DNA of 64,000 nt from a virus (taxonomy: Duplodnaviria > Caudoviricetes), in the IMG/VR virus record IMGVR_UViG_2907202186_000003, positions 64,001 through 128,000 of that record. The stretch is one strand, 5' to 3'. Positions 56,465 through 64,000 of this stretch are shown here, one piece after another. The notes under the pieces are model-generated. The model was not told the DNA's origin and did no database searches. It saw nothing but the letters and a program-made list of their open reading frames with translations. A program made the position numbers and the translations under genes. Every line of letters begins with the position of its first letter. Within the stretch, counting starts at the first letter, position 1.

Positions 56465-57178
56465 CTAGTCTTGAATCGTAGTCAATATTCCGTTATCGAA
56501 ATATAGATATCTGTTACTGCCGTACACCCATTGCTCATGTGTTAATGTGGCCGTTTTTGTTCGGTTGATGTTCTTAGGTTTGCCCCAGGTAGATGCGAGA
56601 ACTTGATCTTTAGTCATTCCAATTTGAGGACTGTACGGGTTTTTATCAGCTTCATTTGATGCCTTTACTCTCTCCTCGCGCTCTTTCTCTTCTTTAAGTT
56701 TCAGTTCGTCAATCTTCTTTTGTTTCTCAATTGGATCTTCATATACTTCCCCATTAGCTCTTTGCTTAAAAGATAAATACTTTGGATTCAATTTATGAAG
56801 TTCTTGTTCATACTTTGCCAACTCTTCCTTGGTAATAATACCTGGAATTGGATCAAGATATTCTAAACTATCCAATGCAGATGTATAATCTTCATTTTCT
56901 TTCGAATTTAATGATGATGCATAGTTATACAAATCGATCTTTTGTTTTAAATCTTCAGGTAAATCGAGTTTATAGTTATAAACCGTTGGATCTTTTGACA
57001 TTTCGATATATTTTTCTACTTCTTTATCCAACACTTTCATCACATCTGTATATTTTTGCTTCTTTAGATATTCAAGAGCATTCTCTTTACTCTTCGCTGG
57101 AGTAACATTATTGCATCCAGATAAAATTACAACAATCAAAGTTAGATATAATACAATCGATAAATTATTGCTCTTCAA
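56465..57178 (-). CDS. Lipoprotein with C-terminal BamE/SmpA-like domain (moron-like)
   Basis: Lipobox LSGC; GMTKDQV...WG.P...EQWVY...YLYF.NG. Confidence 0.75.
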   Translation of the reverse strand: MKSNNLSIVLYLTLIVVILSGCNNVTPAKSKENALEYLKKQKYTDVMKVLDKEVEKYIEMSKDPTVYNYKLDLPEDLKQKIDLYNYASSLNSKENEDYTSALDSLEYLDPIPGIITKEELAKYEQELHKLNPKYLSFKQRANGEVYEDPIEKQKKIDELKLKEEKEREERVKASNEADKNPYSPQIGMTKDQVLASTWGKPKNINRTKTATLTHEQWVYGSNRYLYFDNGILTTIQD

Positions 57179-57394
57179 TGAGTCCCCTCCACGTAAAACA
57201 ATCTAATCATAGAGTCTTATCTACCGCACGACCACAATTAGAAAATTATGTCACAAATAATAATTTCATTCTATAGTTAGTCATTAAAACAGTCAACATC
57301 TTAACAGGTGTTGGCTGTTTTGCTTATTAACTATATGCATCGGAAGCGATTTTGTATCGCTTCTTTTTTATTTTATAAAGGGAAGTGATTACAA

Positions 57395-60300
57395 TTGAAT
57401 GAAGATTTGAGAATTCTCATATCTGTAGGACTGAAATCAACTACTGTTACGGATATTAATAAAGAACTTGAAAAATTAGCTAAAGACACCTCTCTTCAAA
57501 AACTAAACGTAAAGATAAATATTGACGAAAGCTTTACAAAGTCAATCAACAGTTTCATTGAAGTAACAAAAAAATTAGATCAAGCCTTGCAGCAACAAAA
57601 TCAGATTGTTAAAGAAAATATTACTACATACGCAAAACTTGATGGGTCAATAGAAAAGGTTCGAGAAAAACATTTAGCAAATGGAACAATAATCACTCAA
57701 ACCAATAAAAAGATTGACGAACATAATCAAAAGCTTAAACAAGAAACCCAAGCATATGATGACCAGAGAAAAACTATTCAACAATTTGAAAAAGAACTTG
57801 TTGGTTTTAACAAGCTTAAAACTCAAACCGTAAAGAATGGCGCTGGGGAAATAGCTGGATATAGAAATACATATGTAAGTCCAACAGGTCAACAGTTAAC
57901 TGTCAATGCCGATGCAGAAGGCATCGTTAAAAAGTCTACACAGACACGCGATTATCTCCTTCAGATGGGAGATATTCAAAAAATTGAAGATGCTCGGATT
58001 AAATCAGAGCTAAGAGTTCGCGATGAAGAACGTAAAGTCAATGAGGCACAACAAAAAGCAATTCAAAAAAGTGCAGACGCAGATCGTGAAGCCCATAACA
58101 AAAAGCTAAGCCAATTAAGAGAATTTCAACGTAAAGCAGAAGAAACATATGCAAAGATCGGTTCTCAGAAATTAACCATAGACAATGCTCAAAAATTAGA
58201 TGGCACTATCGCTCAGGTAAGAAGCCTTGATGTGAATGATGCTAATCTCACTTCTAAAATGAGGAATATATCTAATGGATTTAAAGATATATCCGCATCA
58301 GCAAAAGAAGGCTCTACTAGGCTTAGGGCATTTGTGGATAGCGCAGGAAAACTAGCAGCTCATGTGCCAGTTTTCATGGCGGTTCACACTGCTATTTATG
58401 GTGTGTTTAATGCCATATCTGAAGGCTTCAGGGGTATGATTGACATTGAGGCTAAAATGGCTGGCTACATCCAAACCAACGAAACATACTTTAAATCGCT
58501 GACGGGCGAAGGATTGGATCAAAAAAAGATCAATGATCAAACTCAGCAATTTATTTTGACTGCTCATGAGCTTGGTGCCGAAATTGGCGAAGTTACTGAG
58601 TCTGCCCGTCTCTGGGGGCGAATGTATAAGGACGTTGGTGTAGTTCAGGAACTAGTACGTCAATCCACAATGCTCTCAACTGTTGACCTTGTATCACTTG
58701 AGGACGCAACAAAATCAATGGAATCAGTTCTCGCACAATACGGAGTCCAGTTGAAGAACGTTGCTGCCGCCCAGTTATACGGAAACCGAATACTAGACTC
58801 CTGGTCTAAAGTGGCTCACGATACGATGGCTCCCGCCAGAGACCTTGGAGCAGCATTTGAACGTACTGGCAAAATCGCATCTGAAACTGGCGTTTCATTC
58901 GACTTCTTGAATGGTTTAGTATCTTCGGGTATGCGAAACACTGCTTTGTCAGGCGAAAATCTCGGCAACATGTGGAAGACCGTTCTGGGTACTATTCGAA
59001 CCGGTAAAGCTGTAGCTGAAATTGAAAAACTTGGTGTGGCTACGAAAGAAGTTGTTGATGGTACTGAACAATGGCGTAAAGCTGAAGATATTCTATTGGA
59101 TTTATCTATAGCAGTCACCGACAAGAACTATGACCTTACTAAGTCCTATGCCGACATCTCGCGTGGTGTATATCAATATGCGAAACTTGCAGCATCTCTG
59201 AACGCTGGGGATATCTTACGTGGTACTGCTGCATCTATAAGCTCTTCAGGTGAAACTTTAGAGTACCTAAAAGTTCAAATGGATACAATTCAGCGAAAAT
59301 CATCGCAGGTAAAAACATCGTTCCTTGAAATTTTTAACACTGCTGGAAACGATGGGTTAAGAAGTAGTCTTAAAAATATTTTAGATATCATTGATCGCTT
59401 GTTAATCGGCATTACAAAAATGCCCCCTGGACTGATTGAATTTGGAGCTTTATTTGCAGGTGTTGCTGGAGCTGCAGCTCTTGCTAAACAACCAGTTCTA
59501 AATTTAATTAAGACTATCGATTACTATAGAACTGCCAGAGTAGCAAGTGCCGCTGCAACTGCTGCAGAAACTACTGCTAACACCACCAATATTGTCTCTG
59601 CTGAAGGACAAATCTTAGCAACCGTACAAAAAACAGTGGCGACAGAAGCAGAAACCGCTGCGATAGGAATGCAAACTGCGGCAACCGCGACTGCGACCAC
59701 CGTCGCGAATGGATTTACTGCTTCGGCAGCAGCGGCTACTGCGACAATGGCTATATTAACTGGGGGTCTTATTGTACTCGCTGGTATTTTTGTTACAGTT
59801 GCATTAAACGCTGGTAAAGCAGAAAAGCAACATAGGGATAATGTGCAGACCATCAAAGATGAAATAGCTGCAAACAATCAATTAATTAGTCAATATAAAA
59901 GACAATCCGAATTTGTTCCTAAAGCTGCTAAGGCTTATAAAGCTTATAACGACATGATTAATAAAGGTTCTCTTAATGCAAAACAACAAGCAGATGCTCA
60001 AAAGCAGCTAATTGAAGTCGAAAAAGCTTTAACCGAGACATTAGCAGATCAGGACTTATCAAGACTGAAGTCTCAACTAAATAGAACTGATGTTGACTAT
60101 CAAAAAGCAATAGAAAATGAAATAGATTTACTTAATCAAAAAACTGAAGCTCAAAGAAAATCCAACAAAGAAGAGATTAACAGACTGCAATCCGAAGGAG
60201 AAAAAAGTATTGCATCGAAATACGATGAAATACTAAAGAAAGAAAAAGAGCTTACAAAATACAAAGAGCTAAACAAATATAGAGGCGAAGGAGTAGAATT

Positions 60301-63300
60301 TCGTCAACTCCAAGAACAACTTGAAAAGTTAAAAAACGAGTATGCATCTCTAAAAAAAGAACAGCAAGGTTATGACGAGCAATTACTACAATTAAATAGC
60401 GATCAAATCGATCAATTAAGCGCCAAATTAGGAACAGTAACCGAAAATGCAGACGATGCAGCTGAAGCCATAAATACACTATTTGAAAATATAGATGGTT
60501 ATGCTGATGATGTCAAAACGCTTAATCAAACTATTGATAAGCTTAACAAAGGCCAATCTTTAAATAGCGAAGAAGTTTACGATTTAGTTAAGAAATATCC
60601 CGAACTTGCTGGACATGTTAAGAAAACAACCGAAGGCTGGAAGCTTGAGCTTGATGCAATTAAGAACTTACGCAAAGATAAGATAAAGTTTGCAAATGAA
60701 GACATTGAAGCTCAAAAGAAGAATTCTTTAAACACACTTAATGAATCCTTGAAAAGAATTAAGATATACGGTCTAGAATTACAAACAATTAATAATATAC
60801 AAGATGCAAAAAAAGAAATAAACAAACTAAACGATACGACAAATCCTCTGTTAAAAGATGAATCATATCTAGGTGGCTTAGAAAACATTGGTGCCAATTC
60901 AAAACACGGCTCACCTTTTTCAGATTGGAATAGGCAACTTAATGATTCTAGAAAGCAGTCTGCTTCTGAGGCAAAATCTTTATTGCAAGGCTATGTTGAT
61001 TCTCAAGAGAAAATTGAGAAACAGATGAACGACTTGTTATTATCTATGTCGAACGATGATTTCGGGATAGGTGAAGAATCCAAAAAAAATAACAAGGAGC
61101 TAAATGATAGCTTTAGCGAAACAAATGAAATTTTAACTGCAACACAAAAAAGACTTCGCGAAATTCAAACCGAACTCGAAAAGTTAAACAACAAACGATC
61201 AAAAATTAAAAAGGGTTCAGAAGAATACCGAAAGTCTTTGCAAGAAGAGATAAAGCTTCTGAAGGAACAAAAGAACTTATACGAAGACGGTATTAATAAC
61301 CCAGAAAAATTAGTATCTACAAAAGTCACTACTTCTTCTAAATCTTCAACAGGTTCCTCCTCCTCTTCTTCGACTTCTGTTTCCAATTTGATCGCTAACG
61401 CGCAAAGTCTTCAGGGTAAGCTAACATACAAACAAATCTCTGGAGAGTTTAAAGGTACATATGATCAGTTCGTAAATAGAGCACTCTCAGATTGTTCTCA
61501 ATTTGTTCAAGAGATGTTTAAACAGTTTGCAGATGTAAAACTCCCTCGTACAGCAGCTGAACAGTTTAAAAAAGGAACCAAGGTTGAAAAGTCCGATCTG
61601 CAAGCAGGAGACTTGGTATTCTTTAATACAACAGGTAAAACCGCTTCTCATGTTGGTATTTATACGGGTAACGGCAAGTTTATTCAGATGGGTAATCATG
61701 GGCTAAGTGAACAGAGTTTAGACAGTAAAACATGGACAGAGACGTATAAGTACGATGGTGCAAGACGTGTATCGGCTGGTGGAGTTACAACAACACCGAA
61801 ATCTTCTTCGTCTTCTTCGCCTAAAACTTCTACCAAAAACGCCTCTCAAAGCGACTTGGATGCTGCTGCAGAAACTGCTAAACAAAAAACGGAAGAAGCT
61901 AACGCAAAAATATATCAACTTACTATTGATATAATTCAGGACGTTGTAACTGAATCAGAAAATCGTATTGATCGATTCAGTACACTCATAGCTCAATCCC
62001 AGGGTAGACAGTCGAGATATTCTGAGGATTCGGCTAACTGGAGAAAAGAAGAAAGTTCACAGTCATCCTATCTCCAAGAGCAACAGAAAGAAATTGAAAA
62101 TCAGAATAAGCAACTTGATAAGCTGGTCAAAGAGAACGCGATTACTTCTGGAGAATTTGATAAACAGAAAGCCGCCAATAGTGAAAAATGGTGGGATTAC
62201 GAAAAACAAATTCAAGAGAAGCGATTCAATGTTATTTCTAGTTACCTAAAAGAGTACGATGGTAAGATTGATAAGGTTAAAACACAGTTTGATGAAGCTA
62301 GTGCAAAGATGGGATTAATGACCGAAGGGACAAAAGAGTATAATGATGCCCTTCAAGATCAAATTCCTTTACTACGAAACGAGCAACAACTTCATCAACA
62401 GAAAATTGATCTTATTAATAAACAGCTAAGTAGCGATAAGCTTACCGCTGCACAAAAAGCTGAACTAATTACTCAACTACACACAGAGACGGCTGCATGG
62501 CTTGATAATGAATCAGCTATTAAGTCTAATATCGAACGTCTTGCTGATCTTAGAAAATCCGCAGCTGACAAAATCATAAGCGATTATAAAGCGATGATTG
62601 AAAAACAGAGAGACCTTGAATTGTCTGCGTTTGATCAGCAAAAAGAAGCCGAAGATAAGCGTCATGAACAGATTAAGAAAAATCTTGAAGAAGAAAATAA
62701 ACTCTACGAAGATATCATCAATCCTCAAATAAAAGCTTTAGACAGACAGAACAGTTCGGATGATCACGAATCAGAATTAAATAATAAGCTTAAAGATCGT
62801 CAGAAGTTACAAGACGAGATCAACAAGTACTCACTGGATGAGTCCATTGAAGGTAAAGCCAAAAAGAAACAACTTCAAGAACAATTGTATGCCAAAGATG
62901 AAGAAATCGCTAAGTTTAAGCTTGATCGTGAACGTGAACTTCGGAAGCAAAGTCTTCAAGACCAATTAGATGATCATAAGAATCAGTCAGACCAAATTGC
63001 TGACAATGAAGATAAATTAAACAAAGAAATCAATGATAACATTGATCAAGAAAAGAAGGCTGTTGAGCAGAAATATAAAGACATTCTTGAGAATGATAAG
63101 AAGTATTACGATCTTAAGCAAGGATTGCTAAGTAATGATTCGTCTGTTGTTAATTCTACTCTTGCGGAATTGCAACTAGGATATGATACATATTTTGGGC
63201 AGTTGAAAGATCATGTATTTGATACTAACCAGGAGTTTGAAAATCTCAACTATACTCTTCAACAAAGCTTGGAGATGCTGAAAAAGTATTCAGGTGGAGA

Positions 63301-63904
63301 CTACTCAGAACAGAATGACTTCCCATCCGGTTATACTCCCCCATCCTCCACTCCTTCATCTGGTAGCAACAATAATAATACAGCCAAAGAAGCATGGAAA
63401 AATTATCTGAGTAATAAGCAATCAGCAGAATCAATAACACAACAAGTTATTAATTTAAATAGAACTAACCCTAACTCACCAGAAATTGCTAAGTTAAAAT
63501 CTCAGTTAGACACATTAAAACAGCAAAACGATTCTATGCGGACTCAATATGGGTTTCCAGATGGTAGTTATAATGAATTGAAGAATAAGAATATTTTCTC
63601 GGCTGAAACAGGTGGTATGACTCCAGCATTTACAGGTGGAAAGTTTCTTTTAGCACATGAGAAGGAACTAGTGCTAAACAAAAATGATACTGCTAATCTA
63701 ATTACCGCTGTAGACATTACACGGAATATGGTTAGCGGTCTGAAAAATTTAACATCTCTGCTTTTGCCAAAATCACCATCCCCTGCTCTCGCAGGTGGAG
63801 TAGAAATTAAACAAATTATTATCAACGCGAATGACAAAGAATCAGGAGAAAGCATTTATAAGAAATTCGCAAAAGAGGTATCGAGGAATATGAAAAGAAA
63901 CTAA
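57395..63904 (+). CDS. Tape measure protein with NlpC/P60 cell-wall hydrolase domain (CwlP/YomI-like)
   Basis: 2169-aa coiled coil; DCSQFV, LPRTA.EQ, GDLVFF, HVGIY. Confidence 0.88.
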   Translation: MNEDLRILISVGLKSTTVTDINKELEKLAKDTSLQKLNVKINIDESFTKSINSFIEVTKKLDQALQQQNQIVKENITTYAKLDGSIEKVREKHLANGTIITQTNKKIDEHNQKLKQETQAYDDQRKTIQQFEKELVGFNKLKTQTVKNGAGEIAGYRNTYVSPTGQQLTVNADAEGIVKKSTQTRDYLLQMGDIQKIEDARIKSELRVRDEERKVNEAQQKAIQKSADADREAHNKKLSQLREFQRKAEETYAKIGSQKLTIDNAQKLDGTIAQVRSLDVNDANLTSKMRNISNGFKDISASAKEGSTRLRAFVDSAGKLAAHVPVFMAVHTAIYGVFNAISEGFRGMIDIEAKMAGYIQTNETYFKSLTGEGLDQKKINDQTQQFILTAHELGAEIGEVTESARLWGRMYKDVGVVQELVRQSTMLSTVDLVSLEDATKSMESVLAQYGVQLKNVAAAQLYGNRILDSWSKVAHDTMAPARDLGAAFERTGKIASETGVSFDFLNGLVSSGMRNTALSGENLGNMWKTVLGTIRTGKAVAEIEKLGVATKEVVDGTEQWRKAEDILLDLSIAVTDKNYDLTKSYADISRGVYQYAKLAASLNAGDILRGTAASISSSGETLEYLKVQMDTIQRKSSQVKTSFLEIFNTAGNDGLRSSLKNILDIIDRLLIGITKMPPGLIEFGALFAGVAGAAALAKQPVLNLIKTIDYYRTARVASAAATAAETTANTTNIVSAEGQILATVQKTVATEAETAAIGMQTAATATATTVANGFTASAAAATATMAILTGGLIVLAGIFVTVALNAGKAEKQHRDNVQTIKDEIAANNQLISQYKRQSEFVPKAAKAYKAYNDMINKGSLNAKQQADAQKQLIEVEKALTETLADQDLSRLKSQLNRTDVDYQKAIENEIDLLNQKTEAQRKSNKEEINRLQSEGEKSIASKYDEILKKEKELTKYKELNKYRGEGVEFRQLQEQLEKLKNEYASLKKEQQGYDEQLLQLNSDQIDQLSAKLGTVTENADDAAEAINTLFENIDGYADDVKTLNQTIDKLNKGQSLNSEEVYDLVKKYPELAGHVKKTTEGWKLELDAIKNLRKDKIKFANEDIEAQKKNSLNTLNESLKRIKIYGLELQTINNIQDAKKEINKLNDTTNPLLKDESYLGGLENIGANSKHGSPFSDWNRQLNDSRKQSASEAKSLLQGYVDSQEKIEKQMNDLLLSMSNDDFGIGEESKKNNKELNDSFSETNEILTATQKRLREIQTELEKLNNKRSKIKKGSEEYRKSLQEEIKLLKEQKNLYEDGINNPEKLVSTKVTTSSKSSTGSSSSSSTSVSNLIANAQSLQGKLTYKQISGEFKGTYDQFVNRALSDCSQFVQEMFKQFADVKLPRTAAEQFKKGTKVEKSDLQAGDLVFFNTTGKTASHVGIYTGNGKFIQMGNHGLSEQSLDSKTWTETYKYDGARRVSAGGVTTTPKSSSSSSPKTSTKNASQSDLDAAAETAKQKTEEANAKIYQLTIDIIQDVVTESENRIDRFSTLIAQSQGRQSRYSEDSANWRKEESSQSSYLQEQQKEIENQNKQLDKLVKENAITSGEFDKQKAANSEKWWDYEKQIQEKRFNVISSYLKEYDGKIDKVKTQFDEASAKMGLMTEGTKEYNDALQDQIPLLRNEQQLHQQKIDLINKQLSSDKLTAAQKAELITQLHTETAAWLDNESAIKSNIERLADLRKSAADKIISDYKAMIEKQRDLELSAFDQQKEAEDKRHEQIKKNLEEENKLYEDIINPQIKALDRQNSSDDHESELNNKLKDRQKLQDEINKYSLDESIEGKAKKKQLQEQLYAKDEEIAKFKLDRERELRKQSLQDQLDDHKNQSDQIADNEDKLNKEINDNIDQEKKAVEQKYKDILENDKKYYDLKQGLLSNDSSVVNSTLAELQLGYDTYFGQLKDHVFDTNQEFENLNYTLQQSLEMLKKYSGGDYSEQNDFPSGYTPPSSTPSSGSNNNNTAKEAWKNYLSNKQSAESITQQVINLNRTNPNSPEIAKLKSQLDTLKQQNDSMRTQYGFPDGSYNELKNKNIFSAETGGMTPAFTGGKFLLAHEKELVLNKNDTANLITAVDITRNMVSGLKNLTSLLLPKSPSPALAGGVEIKQIIINANDKESGESIYKKFAKEVSRNMKRN

Positions 63905-63910
63905 AGTATT

Positions 63911-63938
63911 GCGGCGGGATTATGTCTCGCCGCTTTTT
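63911..63938 (+). terminator. Intrinsic terminator
   Basis: GCGGCGGGA-TTATG-TCTCGCCGC-TTTTT. Confidence 0.75.
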
Positions 63939-63954
63939 ACTGTGAGGTGAAAAT

Positions 63955-64000
63955 ATGACAATAGCTGAAAGTCTATATTTTGTTTATGACGGAGTTCGAA
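63955..64000 (+). CDS. Distal tail protein (partial)
   Basis: RBS GAGGTGA; MTIAESLYFVYDGVR; follows the tape measure. Confidence 0.55.
   Translation, partial: MTIAESLYFVYDGVR

Larger units (their letters stand above)
1..64000. mobile_element. SPbeta-like temperate phage/prophage, internal segment
   Basis: Gene content and order: yorG/yorF, yopQ/yopR, yonO RNAP, HU, yonK/J, terminase, portal, capsid, tail tube, yomM recombinase, tape measure; no host housekeeping genes. Confidence 0.93.

Overview
This 64-kb window is an internal segment of a large temperate SPbeta-like siphophage or prophage of a spore-forming Bacillota host (probably Paenibacillus-like; inference). No host genes or att ends are visible. 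Positions 1-36.8 kb are almost all on the minus strand. They hold yorG/yorF-like genes, a kinase-less Agr-like operon (6-TM protein, AgrB, an unannotated 41-aa AgrD, LytTR-only regulator) directly downstream of yopQ/mrpR-like lysogeny genes, an orphan LexA-boxed MazF, RsfA, about 45 short accessory ORFs, a TA pair, a replication region with iterons, a RecD2-like helicase and a YopP-like recombinase. Positions 37-64 kb (plus strand) hold the YonO single-subunit RNA polymerase, HU, and terminase, portal, capsid, tail and tape-measure genes. Three signals stand out. (1) About 30 copies of an 18-bp palindrome (RTRAAA-N6-TTTHAY) sit at gene boundaries across the 8-28 kb accessory region, with one more right after a tyrosine recombinase gene; this suggests an integron-like cassette array. 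(2) An Agr-type cyclic-peptide system lies next to the master repressor, and no arbitrium genes are seen at their usual position. (3) A solitary type I-C CRISPR repeat with its own promoter and terminator lies inside an acr-like island (RNA anti-CRISPR candidate). Homology calls are from recalled motifs; no database searches were run.
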